From the NCBI GenBank assembly GCA_040285855.1, contig JAUFOQ010000013.1:372001-436000 (forward strand): a stretch of 64,000 bases of DNA, in the 5' to 3' direction. Below are positions 1 to 13,969 of the stretch, piece by piece. The translations under genes were made by a program, and so were the position numbers. Every line of letters begins with the position of its first letter. The first letter of the stretch is position 1. Source of the stretch: Eukaryota sp. GEM-RC1. Lineage: Eukaryota. The notes below the pieces were generated by a model that saw only the letters and a program-made list of their open reading frames with translations, was not told where the DNA came from and searched no databases.

Positions 1-828
1 ACAAGACGGAGACCATGAAGGAGTAGAGATGAAGATTCAAGAACAAAATAGTCATGTCTACTCAGGAGGTAGACATGACAGAACGATCATAGAGCAAACG
101 TTGATGTCAGTACTGATGAAGAGCATAATCCATGTCTAGTGACATCAATTCTTGGTCTAATCCCTTCCGTATGTGATGTCTTCTCGAACCTCCAATTCAT
201 CTACCGCTCTCTTGTTCTTCTGTTCTCACATGAAGACTCCTTCACTCTTTACACGAGTTCACTCAAGAAGTACCAAGTTAATTTTCTAAGAAATTCTTTC
301 CAAATCTCAGATTACTTAGAATCCAAAGGTTTATGTAATTCCTCTACGTTTAAAGAATACCTATTTCTTTCCCCATAGAAACTAAAACTCATTGAGGACT
401 GTCCAAGCATCGTTTTGGATATAAGAATATTGATAAGAAGAGTGGTCATTTACATTCAAAAGTTACTAATTATATGACTCAAGAACACACGTTTTAAGAG
501 CATTTGTGTAGAAAATGTTTTGAGCATCGATCTCAACCACACTTGGAAAATACCTCCACTCCATGAAAAATACTATAACACATACAGAAAAATACAAAAT
601 AACTCGACTAAATAAAACTGTCGCAAAGGTCCTGGTGAGAACTTTTAGTATTTAAAAGTAACAATGACTAAAATCATACGGACGCCAAAGAAAAACTAAA
701 CATAACAAAACATCAAAAATACCCGAACAAATACATGTACCAGGCGGGAAAACAGATTCAGATTTTTGACAGATGTTTTCAATTTCTGTAAGAAAATCTC
801 CAACAAAGTTTAACCCTCTTAAGTCTTC

Positions 829-1238
829 TTATTCAACACATTTTGTCAAGAACATACTGCTCCAGTCCCAATTGGTCATTTTTGAAGGGTAAATCTCCAT
901 AAGAGTAGTTTTAAGATGAGGACATTGGAAGTAAGTAGCCAGGTAGAAGATGTCATAGACGTTAGAAGAAGTGAGGTCAATGGTGTGACCAAAGAAGGAA
1001 GAGATGAAGGCGGAGAAAGACTCGGATGATATGGGCAAATGCGAGAAGTCCAAAGGGTTCTCAAAGCGATCTCCAAACTCCATAAACCAAAGAGAGAAGA
1101 AGTACTGAGAGTTGAAAGCAAGGACTGACTTAATGACAGAAAAGGACTCACCATTAAAGATAATGGTTTGATCATGGAGACTGGAGTGTTGGACTGGAGT
1201 GTAGAGAGAGTGTTGGGAGAGGTGGATGTGAGTGACAT
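829..1238 (-). pseudogene. BTB/POZ-domain protein, frameshifted and truncated
   Basis: Joined frames read LHDQTIIFNGESFSVIKSVLAFNSQYF..LWFMEFGD..FSAFISSFFGHTIDLTSSNVYDIFYLATYFQCPHLK, a typical BTB pattern. Confidence 0.7.
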
Positions 1239-1294
1239 TTGATTTGAACTGCTTTAGAATTTTATGTGGATGATGAGATTAAATCAGTGTTTGT

Positions 1295-1427
1295 TAGAGT
1301 TGTCAACGGCTTCAGCTATATGAATTGGCTTTGGCTTGAGTCATTTGAGTAAGTCAAGCCAAATGTGGATATGACTTGGTTCATATCAATCAACTTCTGA
1401 CTTGAGCCCAGCCGTTTGACTGCTCTA
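1295..1427. mobile_element. Small hAT-like MITE
   Basis: Imperfect TIRs TAGAGTTGTCAACGGCT / TAGAGCAGTCAAACGGCT (reverse complement); flanks GTGTTTGT and TGTTTTGT resemble a decayed 8-bp TSD. Confidence 0.5.
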
Positions 1428-2902
1428 TGTTTTGTGAAAAGTTATTACTCAAATGTGCACTTCCTAATCTGTCACTGATAAGATTGCAGACTTGTAAAAT
1501 TTGTATCCATCATTATGCAAGTTGCAGATGATAATGACAAAAAACAAACCAAAACACAATCTACATAGAAGGAAAATAATATGTACGAAACAGACACAGA
1601 AGTGTTCTGATCAACAGCACCACAGTTCTTATACAACTTAGTGATAAATGACTAAATATTTGTGGACATCGATAGTAACAGATGATCATTAGTCTTAACA
1701 TGTGACATGGTTTATAAGCATAAGTTGCGAATCACAAAAATTTGACATTGTGATTTTGTGAGTGACGACAATCACATAACAACATCACATTGATTGAACA
1801 AAATGTCGTTTTGGTAAGACTTTGCTGAACATTATCTGCATTACATAGATCAGAGTTACACATCAACAAGAGATGTAGTTTTATAGTGTTGTGTAATTTC
1901 ATATTCCGTTTTTATCTTCCCTCTTACATCATAAGAAGTTCTTTTCCTAATAAAGAAAGATACCGGAATAGTTTCGATTGGTAATTACTGAACACAAAAA
2001 AAACTGTTTGTGGAATCGCCAAAGGATTTAAAGAAAAATATGCTACTTCTTTTCCAATTCTATCCGTAGAAACTCCCATGTGTTTTAGAGTTTTTGATTA
2101 AACTACTGCTTTTTGCCATTTGGACACTTATTATTAGGTAAAGTCCGCAACAAATGGAAGAAGGAACTGCTGTATGACATTCAACGAATGAACTAATACC
2201 TCGAAGTTCAAATTGAACGAGTGACTACACATGAAGTCGTTTAATACAGCTTTGCAACGGTTAGTGAAGTACTAGGTCAAAGTTAATCAGTGATTCTAAG
2301 ATTTTGAAATGACAAATTAGTTTGACGCAAAACTTTAAGCAAGACAGAAGCCTTTATTTGAGATTAGTAAACATCGGGGCTTATGCGATTCATTTGACCT
2401 GATTTGGTTATACCACTGTTTTTGAACTGAATCAGAAGTTTTGTCGACATCTATTACATGGTTATAGACAATAACTGATGCATAATTAAACAATCAACAA
2501 ATCAGTACTGCAAAAAGATGTTTTTCCCTGTAACTATTGTTGTTAATGGTGTTTTTGTTTTTCACATGATATCCCTTCTGATTATTTGCTGGAGAATGTT
2601 CATCTCTGGAGTGTTTTGTAAATTGATAAATCTAAAATCTTTACTGATGAACATACAGTCTAGGGGCAGACTCTAGCATCCATACAGTTACGCTAAATAT
2701 GCGGTATACTGTACTTAAATACTATAAAAATATATAAATTTGATTACAATAAAAATGGGATCATTTTCATATTTTATGACAATTAAATTAAAAACTAAAT
2801 ATTTAGTTTCTATATAGTACTCATAAAGAGTTTGAACACTGTTCATTTAAGCTGCAAAAGAAATACGTATCCACCATTGCCAATAATCAATGACCACTTA
2901 AA

Positions 2903-5314
2903 TTACACATAATTTCTCCTAGCAGCATTACCAGAGAATCTAAGAATTGCTTTGAGATAGCCACGCTTTAAGCCAATAGAGGGTTCATCTTTCCACTGAT
3001 AATGAAACTGTTTAAACAGTACACATCCAAAGAATAGTGGCGGGGATCCTCTAGACTCAATATACTTCAAAACAGACACTATACCTTCCATCAACTCATT
3101 TTTAAATTGTTCAGGAGTTTCAGGAATTCGAGATCTAGGGTAAAGTGTAGACATTAATTCCTCGTCGTCGAATAAAGCTTCTAGTTTATCCTCATCTAAA
3201 GAGATTGAGTTAGACTTGGGAAATTTACCACCAGAGTGAGCTACACAGAAGGCATCAGTTGAAATTAACTTTAAAACCCCGCAAAGATTCTTGGCAACAA
3301 CAGTTTTTAAAACATTGCGAGGATGAGGCGTTATCTTAACTGAGCCACACGTGTTACAACACTGAGTCTTTGTAGCTTTAGGAAGGTCTGACCAATAATG
3401 AGGGTTGTTTTCGACAGCACGAACAACATCAGCAACTCCGAGACGTTGAGTTTCTCCTTTGGAAGAAAGTTGGGTATTTGATTGGTTGTTACCAGAATCA
3501 TTTGGTCTAAGGGAATAGAGAGAGCTTTGATTAGGACTATGATTAGAGTCAGTTGATGTTGGGTTTCTCTTTGTATAGTGACCTTCAATAACTTTGATTA
3601 ATTGACGTAATCGCATCATTGTTATTGTAGTTAATCCTCTTAAAAGCAACCAACCACACTTTCCTAAAAAGAACAAAACAAATTTAAATGAACAAAATAT
3701 TCCTTTGAATGTCGACCGGCAACATCTTCCTAAAAAGACCAAAACGATCTTTGATATTTGAAATACTCCTTTGAATGTCGACCAAAAACATCTTCCTAAA
3801 AACAACAAAACTAATTTAAATAATTTAAATATTCCTGTGACTGTCGACCAAGAACATCTTCCTAGCAGGGTGACAACCCATTTTAAGAACTGAAAATCTA
3901 GCGAAAATGAACTTCTGGATGTAATTGTAGTCATTTGAGGCAATTTAAACACAGATTTACTTTCAATGCGAGTAGCTGGTTTGTTAGTTTTTTGGAAAGA
4001 ATTGATTGGCGTTTTCCTAAAAAATTGGTTTTTGATTGAAACATTCATGTTTTTAAACACTTCAATTCTTGAAAAATCATCGGTTTTGGCGGCGAGTATA
4101 AATGATCTATCAAATGACAACTTTTTGATTTTATCTACTTTTTCTGAATCAAAATTAACATAACCAGACAATAAATTAGCTGCCAATGTAAAGAAATACA
4201 AGGGATAACTTTCCACATTCTTAAGAGCAATCATACTCCTAAGCACGTCAACTTGAGCTCTTTCCCCAAGAGATTGAACAGCGGTAATCAGATATGATAG
4301 ACATGACGTGACTATGATTTGTGGGGCAGAGGAGGAAATAACAGACATGATTTCTGCATTGGAAGCATCAGATAGAATAACAAAGAGAAGACGTGCAAAG
4401 AGAGGAAGGTATTCAGAAAGATGATCAGAAGGAGTAAGTGCTTTAGATTCAGCCGAAAGTATGGCATCAGAATCATGAAGATCACAACAGTAAGGATGAA
4501 CGTTGGTAATCCAAGAAGAAGGACTACTGGAGAAGATATGAATGTCAAGGAAAGGGAATGATCGAGAAGACGGGGAGATAAGGGTCGTTGGAGAAGAGAG
4601 AAAGATACAAGAGAGTTGTGGAGGTTGTGGGAACTGGCTGATCTTCTTCAGACATTTGCGATAGTAAGTCAACGCAATACAGAAAACGGAGATTGTGGAT
4701 TCAAACAACTGGTTTTCAGGATCGTTAGTTGGATTAATTGGAGTGAAACCATGAGCTTTGAAGACAGGAATGACCCCAGACAAAGAATCAAATGAATCGT
4801 TTCCTATAGATGTTTTACGTGAAAGAACCTTTCTTGTAAATCTAAAGTAAGGAGCTATATCGAATGAATCTGTGAGAGAGATGCTGAATTGCTGCTGCAG
4901 TTTCTCGAAGTGGTTGAGCTCCCCGTTGAATACTTTGGTGATGTTTGGTTGTAGTAGAATAGAACGCAGGGATTCAGGGATCTTACATCCAGAGATATTG
5001 ATAACTAGTACCACACAAGTTGTAGATAACAGTAGAGTGTTGATACCATCAGTTCTATAAGCAACAAGGGAAATGAAGGGATAATCACGAGAAATACTGT
5101 TTTTAAAACTGGTGATACATCGAGAGATGTCAGTAGAAGCATCACGTACAGAAATAACCTTAACAGAAAGTGGTGGAAGTTCATGAACATATTGCAGTCT
5201 ATGCGATGACCAAACATCTTTAACATTAGTGGAACTATGCAGATCTATGTAGTCATCACTATCGGAATCAGATTCATCGTAGAACTGGGATGAGTCTTGT
5301 TGTTGTCATTCCAT
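2903..5314 (-). CDS. Large unknown protein: degenerate 3'-5' exonuclease-like N-region, 22-aa amphipathic repeats, Cys/His-containing C-terminal domain
   Basis: The 703-aa ORF stays open in frame up to ATG 5314 apart from a TGA at codon 3; IPESLRSILLQPNITKV resembles WRN-type exonuclease domains; 66-nt repeats at ~3650-3880; paralog at 61.4-62.4 kb. Confidence 0.55.
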
Positions 5315-5859
5315 TGAAATTTGAGAATGACAAGTTCGTTGATCACCAGAAACATTTGAAATATGAGATAAAAACGACAAACGAACGTATCTATGGTAGT
5401 TGTCTTGTATTTTAGTCAAACTACCTAAAGTATATTACTAATAACAGGTTCTAATGGAAGACCACAAGTGATTTGATCTGCTGTATGACGTGTAGTTTAT
5501 TATCACTTGTTTATGAAAACTGGCTGTGATACAAGCAGGTCAAGCAATTCCCAAAACTCCAAACGAAAAACCGAATATATAACCCAAACAATGTATTATT
5601 GTTTAAAAACCGATCCAGTAATTGAGTCGTTTTCCCTTCTGTTAATTCTGATAACACTGGTGTGGATAAACACGTGACGTGAGAACTCCTATCTTAATGA
5701 GTCATACTGATATTAAAGCCAAAAACATTGACAGAACTATATTACAAAGATGAATTTATTTGGTTTGATATCTCCTTGGAGAAACTTTTGTACATAAAGA
5801 ATACTAATAAAATGACTAGGAGTCGTAGCATTTAGGGAAGTTCCAACAGTAAAAGAATG

Positions 5860-6201
5860 AAATGCACGTGTCATGGGGACTCCTAGTTTTTCTTCATCTC
5901 TGAAAGTCATTCAACATACTTTGACAACACTGGGATGGTTGAGAACATACAGTGTAAGTAATTCGCATTTACGTCAAGCCAGGGCTTCCGACAGCTAAGA
6001 CCAGAGAACTTTGACGGCAACGTTATGTGAATACCATGTTCCAGTGTGGATGTCAGGAGCGATGATTGCTTCATAGTTTACAACAAACTCAGGAGCTGAA
6101 ATTTCAGCGAGTAAGTCATCAGCTCGCAAAGATTCTATGATTTGTTGCAGTATTGGTTTTACATTGAGGGAGAAGTCAGGAACAACAGACAAGAAGGACA
6201 T
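5860..6201 (-). pseudogene. Protein kinase remnant (RING-kinase family)
   Basis: GTWYSHNVAVKVL and LNHPSVVKV match the N-lobe of the kinase at 49.2-49.5 kb; stops are present. Confidence 0.5.
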
Positions 6202-6969
6202 GGAGTATAGAAGTGAAGGTTAGATGTTGGACCAGACTAAAGCTGACTGCTTCTGTTACACCTCTTCTTCACTCTTTCACATTGCTTGAACTAGTTGGTG
6301 CAAGTCAAAAGGATGACCAATGGATTTTGACCATGACTATGGTACTTTCTTCGATGAAGTTTTCCCAATGGGAGAAACGCTCTTCTTGAAAAGATATCGT
6401 GAGATAACTGAGTATTTGCTTCTCTTTTTCCCTCTTTTATGTTCAAATAATCTCTTTTCTTAAGGATGTTCCTCCTCAAAATAATCTCTCCCCTAATGTT
6501 TCTTATTGTTACTGTTAGTTCATTCAGAACCTATCTAGGTTTTGTTCATCCCCTTTCACGCTTTCAAGTTGATCCTCGTTCTTGAGTCATAAGATTTAGC
6601 CACGTGTTCACTGTTTCTTCATTTTCTGTTTCTTCCGTTCTTATTACATTATTGAGGTCTATATTGATTTTAATACTTAAAGGCTATTTTACTCAACGAT
6701 ACCTGGATCAAAAATTTACAATTGTTAACTGTATTTCTTAAGAAAAGAATTTCAGTTCTTGCCTTTGCAGTCCAATTTACTCTTGCTGTGATTTTATGTG
6801 GAAAGAAATTTTCTAGATTGATTAGTGATGTTCACTTTTAAATATTTAAATGTACTTTGTTTTTCTTTTAACTGGAGAAGTCGGCAAACTGCTTTCAATC
6901 TAAAGGAATTATGCCCCTTAATAACTTCCCAGATCTCTCTAGTAATTATACCTCTAAATTTAATACTAC

Positions 6970-9050
6970 AGTGACTCGAAGAAATCTTTCAACCACGTAC
7001 AGCACTTGCAGTACCAGAATACTTCACTGATGATAACTATTGTTAGGGTTTTGGTACCTGTGGGGAGGAGTTCTAGGTAATACCATTTATGTAAGGAAAA
7101 TAACACAAAGAGAAATATACTTTTCACGAATTTGAAGGGTATGTACTGGTGTGTACACTACATCATACCGTTGCAAAGCTGTATTCAATACTTTGAAATA
7201 TAGCCACTCTTTCACATAAAACCGCAAAGTATTAATTTATTATGTGACCTAACATTAAATTGATTTTGTTTCGGACTACGCCTAATGATAAGTGTGCGGA
7301 TACGTTGAGCCTCTGTTGAACTCATTTGTGATATGTAACCTTGAGTGACATCACTGGAGCACTTGTATCTACAAACATCTCGAAAACGAGTTGAATAAAT
7401 AGGTGTTGTTTGATGTCTTATAGCTCCCATGTCCTTCATTGTCTTCCTTTCCTGATATGATTGAATAGACTTTCACGAGCTGCTGATTGTTCTTATTCCA
7501 CTTCGTTTGGACAAAGAGAAGTAATGACATTCGCAAGTGTTGCAGAATTTGGTCAGTAGAAATCCTTAACTTAATTATGTATTTTGCCGGCTCCCTGAGC
7601 TCCTGTTTCAATGTAAATCTCGTGTAGTGTGGATATTTGTTCAACTCCTGATTTGGTTGGTCGTCATGCTCTAGAACAGATGCTTCCTTGTCAACATATC
7701 ACTGCCTAAGTATTCGTTCTTTTCTTCAAACAAGAAGGATGATTGACAGCTGTTACCGAAGGAACTGTATTCATGGGATCTTTGTCTTTAGAAGTTGTTT
7801 TTGGGTTTTCATTAGAAAATTCGTGGCCCAAATACTGTCCCCAATTAGGACTTCCACTGACCAAGACATCCAGGTTCACTGAGTCAAGGAAATCTGTTTC
7901 CGCAGCAGATCACAACTCCCAGACCTATGACCGTAAATTAAATACTTAATTTTTTATGTCGAATGATGCGGCGTTAATGACTATGTTTTTCTAAAGTTAT
8001 ACATCACTTACTTAGAAATGGTAATATAACAAATTGAGAGTGTGAATGCTGCATCGCATCCCTGGGATGGATGGGAAAACATCTTGGACAGCTGTTGCTG
8101 CATTTAAATAATTTGGTGCTCCATCGGAAATGACACATATTCAGGACCAATTTCGTTGAGAACTGAAACACAAAGATTTGTAAGGAACTTTGCAGTCTTT
8201 GATTAAAAATTGAATTCTATGCATTTGTAAACAATTGTCCCGTTTGGACCAGCAATGCAGAAATTAATCAAACTATTATAATTTATCTCTGAGCCATCTA
8301 TAACTATAGTCCAACCAGTGCAAAGGGTAGCAATGTCGACTCTGTTTTTACTTTTAACATTGTTAATAATTTTGGGAGCCACTGTGTCCATCAATTTCTG
8401 ATAAGATTGTAATTCAAAAACTTCGTTGTACAGCTTATAATGCTCGACAGCTCCTTCAATAACATCTCGCAGCCTTGTCGATTTAGAAACTTTAGTGAGT
8501 GATAATCCTTCTCCTAGAGCATATAGAGCAACAACTTCATCTAGATTTTGATTGCTACTTTTTTGATAAAATTTCTTTAGTTTTGTTTTCTTTAAGGTAT
8601 ATATCTTGTGAGAAATTGCAATGGGAATAGCAGATTCTATTCTTGGATGGGGAATAGCCGTGAAAGAAAGCAGAAGTCAGAGAAAGAGATGATGTATTTG
8701 GATCAGACTCAGAGATGACTGTGAGGTTAGAGTTTCCTCTTCGTCAGCGTGGTTCTCAGAACATCCGAGCCACTGAAGGGAAGTCCTGAATTTATTAACC
8801 AGAAGGACCTGGTAACCAGCTTCTTTGAACCACTTTCTTAATTCTTTTCCCATGGATGGAGGCTATTTGTTATGCCTGAACTGACTCCAATCACCTTTGG
8901 TCAACCACGTGTTGGTTGGAATTCTGTAAACCTGAAGGAATCGTTGGAACGTTTTACGTTCACTTTTTGCTTTGTGCATCGAACACCAATAGCTACACTT
9001 ACGCCATTGAAAGTGTTAGTACAGAGTTTTCATTCTATTTCTATACTTAT
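6970..9050 (-). mobile_element. Degenerate hAT-family transposase
   Basis: Scattered motifs: CKLC (BED-like), WTIVIDG, CVISDGAPN, RCSIHTL (CxxH), VVERF near the 3' end; many stops; boundaries approximate. Confidence 0.55.
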
Positions 9051-10697
9051 AGAATTGGTCGACGTATGCTTTAAAATTTTGAGTGGAATAAAAGTTGTTC
9101 AGAGTGAATGAGGTTCAGTGTCCAGCTGGTATTATTGACTCAATCATTGGTTTCAACGGTTCTTTCAGCATCAACGATTTGCCTTTAGATAAAAGATACT
9201 GCCTGTATTATTGATTTGGTGTACAGAGTTCTAAGCAGAAGGGGAACCGTGTCAAGAGCATACGTTGCAACACACGTTGCAACACTTGATAAATATGATA
9301 CATGATTAAGCACTGAGTTTGTAGTATTTATACTGTAAAAAAATAATGTCTTTTGTGTACTGTGTTGTTATAATTGTCCACGGAGTGTATTTGTAATAAT
9401 ATCAACTTAAATTTTAGTGGGCGTAACACTGATTTTGGGAGATGAGTATAGATAAAATTGACCCTAAAATATTATTACAATGTCATCCAGCCAGATATAA
9501 CTCATTTGATGATGATGCATTGACATTTGATAAAGTCTTGAAAGTTAACTCAAATTGTTGAACTCAACCTGTACAGGAACTTTATTGTATAATAAAGGTG
9601 AGGTTGTATCAGGATCTGCTTAAAAACTATCCTTTGATTAAAACGCTTTGACAGTAGCGTATCAATTTTGAAGTGCATCAACCAAACTACTTATTGAAGG
9701 AAAATGGTTCATTCATAAAATAATCCAATATTATTGCAAATAACAGAACCATTTACAGGAACCGAGAGTCTGAGAATTAGTTGTTGTGCACAAGGAGTCA
9801 TCTGGACCAACACTCGAGGCTGAAGATACGTTCCCAGATGACAGTCCTAAATTGAACCCTCTTTTGGAACTTCTTTCTCCAGAAAATTTAATATCGCACT
9901 TGTTTCTGCGGTATTTGGACACACTTTGGTTTGATCAATTTTCCATTTATTGGATGTATGAGTTAAATCAATATATACTTGGGAACTTACGCTCCACCAG
10001 AACAAACAGGCGTATTTTCTGGAAAATGCGTTTTTGAGTACTAACACGTGTGTGCAACACTGTTCACTCAGATGAAGACTTTTTGCGCCACAATTGTTTT
10101 TTTTCTAATTAGAGTGTTTTCTATTGTAAATCTCCAAATTTAGTGTTTATAGTTAGCAGAACCATCTATAACATAAAGATGGATTGAATGTAGACAGCAG
10201 TTTGATCAAGAAAAACTAGACTAATAAACAATGGGAGCAGCACAACAAGAGCAGAACTGTTAAATTACATACTTTAATGAGGTAAATCTGCACTACACAG
10301 TTTAATGTTTAGACATGTTCATATTGTGAGGCCCTATAAGCCTGTATCTTTTAAATTAAATATCTTATTCTTTCTCCGCTTATGTAAGTAAGGTTGGCAC
10401 CGCGGTCAATTAATACTTTAGAACAAGAGCTAGTTTCACGAGTGTTCGCTACATTTGATCTTCACTGAAGCTAACCGTCAAAACTGATTGAGACAAAATG
10501 TCAGTCGAATTGATCCCTTCAAAAACAGTGAATCTAAAATGACAACCCATCAATTTTGTTTTGTGATTTGGTACAATTTTCAAATTAACAGTGTATTTAA
10601 AAAAGTATATTAAAAATATTTAACAGTAAAATCTAAGAATATGAACAATTCAAAATGCTAAAGTTCGTCGCCTTCAGATTGTTTCGAAGGGAGTGGG

Positions 10698-12351
10698 TCA
10701 ATAGTAATCACCATAATAGGCAATAGGATCTTCAATAATCGGATTGACTGATGACGTTAGCTGAGTTCCAGGATTCTCAGTAATAAAAGTCAGAGTTTTT
10801 GATTCAACAATGTTATGATTAACAAACTTTGAGACTTCTTGAATTTGTCTCTCTTTTAATTTTTCAAGAAACAAAAGTTTCTGTTCAAAAAAAGCAGACG
10901 AACTCAAAAATTCAATCACTTCGGAAACTGGAACAACATTAAAAAACTTATATACAGAAGAATTGATTAATTCTTTACGTGAAGATACTCACTTCACGTC
11001 ATTATAGAATTCAGTGATTCCATATCCCCTGGAATCAGGAAACTTTGGAGCTCCACCCCAGTAGAAAGGAATTTCACGTACATCAACTTCTTCATCTTCC
11101 ACTGGTAGTTTAGTTGAACTAAACATATTTCTTCCAGTGATCAAAGACTGTACATTGCCAGCCAAAGTAGCAACGTCAATCAAAGTGAAACCAAAATTTT
11201 GGTAAGTATTCGTGATATCATCAAGTTCGAAAGGATTGTCAAAATTTTGGTCATAATCTGACGTAAAATGTTGGCTACAGGATCGTGACAAACGATGAAC
11301 AAGGATTCGGTTTCCTTCACCCGTATTATTCTTAAAAGATAAATGAAAATAGGGTAAACCTTTAAAAATCCTTTACGCCCTTAATATCTTCTCTCATCTT
11401 GTGGGTATTTAAATTAGGCAGAATAACCTTAAAACCACGTCCTAAATACTTCGCTAATCTGTGCTCATAGGAAGTCGACCTTCTTAAAGGATCAACAACA
11501 TTAATTAAATAAGTGAAGGATAGCTTGCCCAAATTAGTAGTAAACAATTGTTTACCATCAAACCCAACTTGGCAAGATCCAAGATCAAAGGCATGGAGAA
11601 TCTCTGACTTGGATGAGTAAATTCGAAGTATGATCTGACATTCAATCCTCTCGACGCCTAGATCAAACCAACTGAAAGCAGAAGGTTTGTAATCAACATC
11701 AACCTTTAAGCCTTTGACGGAGACTAAATAAGACTGTCTAACAATTCTGACGTGGTCACCCTGACTCAATTCTTTAACAAATTGATTAACAATCTCAAGT
11801 GCTTTGTTAGTAGAAACACCGTAGATGAAGAAATCTATATCTCCTGAATAACCAGAATGTTCTTTTCTATTGTCCATACCGGCGATAACTCGCTGGACAG
11901 CACCACCAGCAATAAGTAAGTTATCCATAACAAGGTTCTTCAGAAAGGGAAACTTATCGTAAAAGTAAGAAGAAAAGTCAGATAGATCTACAAGAGTCGA
12001 TTCATGAGCGCATGACTTTCCCTGACAGGATGTTCTGTTTAGGTCGACTGTCGGAAGACAGTAGTCGTAGTCTCTAGGGTCAAGAGTTGCGAAAAGATGA
12101 AGGTCATCGTCATCAGAAAGTCCAGGGATTCGAAGGGAGCGATCCAAATCAAGAGCATTCTGGATGATACGTAAAGGTGAGAGTGAGAGAAGTAGTTCCT
12201 TGTCCATGATAGGATTTGGAAGGAGGGGGCATTGAAAAGGACATTGGGTTGTGGTAAACGCACATTGTTGGCAAACAATGTGACCGTTTGCACATATGAT
12301 AAGAGGGAGATTGTTCTTAGAAAAGGAGCTAAGGCAGAGCTTGCAACTCAT
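10698..12351 (-). CDS. RING finger fused to a polB-superfamily nucleotidyltransferase-like domain (giant-virus/fungal ankyrin-associated type); at least 2 frameshifts
   Basis: N-terminal CKLC..ICANGHIVCQQC..CP; then IAGGAV..GDIDFFIYG, QIILRIYSSKSEILHAFDLGSCQVGFDG, RRSTSYEHRLAKY..RGF; C-terminal ITENPGTQLTSSVNPI in ORF 10698-10919. Confidence 0.7.
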
Positions 12352-13508
12352 AGATAAGGAAATTGGGCGGAATCATCGCTCAGATGCGTTTTGGGAAGAC
12401 ACACATATTGATCCTATATGTATCCTATATGGATCCTATATGGATTTTACATTGTCAATGAAAAGGAAATTCGTTTTTGGTTCAGAAAATCATAATGAAA
12501 CTTAATTTGTAGCATCAAGTTGATGCCATCAACAGAAGGACTTTGCAAATGAGATCAACTCACAATGGCTATCGAGAAAGTTTGCCGCTGCAGTAATTCC
12601 TTATAAATCCAGTCGATTCCTATCATTGTGGAGTGGAGTACTTTAATCAACTATTAAAACACAGTCTGTTACACAGAGTGATAATCTTTAAGTGGAATCT
12701 AATCTCAAAAACACACAAAACGTGAACACCTCTGAACTATACCTTCCGTGTTCCTGTTCAGAAGTACGTTGTTCTAAATGCAGAGCAAAGTCGTTTTTAC
12801 AGACTCCACCAGATTTCATAAACCACCACTTTTTAGCCAGGCAACAGGTATGATGATATCTATTAAGGTTTATTTACGGTAGTGATTTGGTTTGTCATAA
12901 AACTTCTCTTATCATTGTCCTTTTGATATGTACATTGATGGTTTTAGAATGATGAAACAATGACTACGTTTATTTCAATCTGCAAACAATTAACTACAAA
13001 AAAAGCGCATTTACTGATGATTTTTCTCTAATTGGTCCAACTGATGTTATGAAATAGAGAATTTGTATTGAACTTTCTCAATGTGTTGGTTGAAGATCAA
13101 TTTAAGACGAATTCAATTTAAGACGAATTCGTCTTAAATTAATTCGAGTCTTGTTGTGAAGTCATCATAAGTTAACAATATCTGGTCTTTGTCAATGGTG
13201 TATAATTGATTATGCCAGTCAATGCCTTCGCTTTGTAGTTCTGTTTTAGAAAATTCTGAACAGGCGAATCTACTTATGACCGTGAAATACAGAATATATG
13301 TATTCAGGTTTCCTCCCACTCGGATGGGTGTTTAAGCAAATCTTATTGTTTGTGTTTACTAAATTTGTATTTGTTTATGGTTATTGATGAATAATGAATA
13401 GAACACGCAAATATCTATTTGATGTGTGTATATTATAGACTTCTTAAATATGGAATCGGGCTTGTCCTAATATTTTTTTTTGCAAAAAAGTGAATGTATA
13501 GCTATAAA

Positions 13509-13969
13509 ATGGAATCAATTATAAAATATATTCATAGTGACAAACCTATTGCTGCATTTGGTTTAGATGGAACATTAATTCAAACCAGAGCAGGAAATAT
13601 ATATCCCGTATCTGTCAATGATTGGAAGTTTGCATTTAACAATGTAGTTGAAGTACTTAATGGATATTCTAAAACCCATGAACTTGTTCTTTTACTAATC
13701 AAAGAATTAAATTTAAAAAGCAAATGATTCTTAATATCTCTTCAGGAATAAAAATAAATATTCATATTGCATGGAAGAAGGAATATAAAAAGCCTAATCC
13801 ATTTCTATACTATAAAGCATTTGGAAGAATAAAAAAATAAAGATTCTTTTGTGGAGATGCAGCAGGACGATTATGTGATCATTCTGATTGTGTCAAAGTT
13901 TTTGCCGAAACCGTTGGATTAGAATTTAAAGTTCCTGAAGAAATATTCTTATTAGAAAATGATACATAA
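13509..13969 (+). pseudogene. Polynucleotide 3'-phosphatase (PNKP HAD-IIIA domain)
   Basis: IAAFGLDGTLI (first catalytic D replaced by G), NDWKF, FTNQ, YKKPNP, FFCGDAAGR..DHSD, GLEFKVPEEIF; frameshifted near 13690. Confidence 0.85.
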
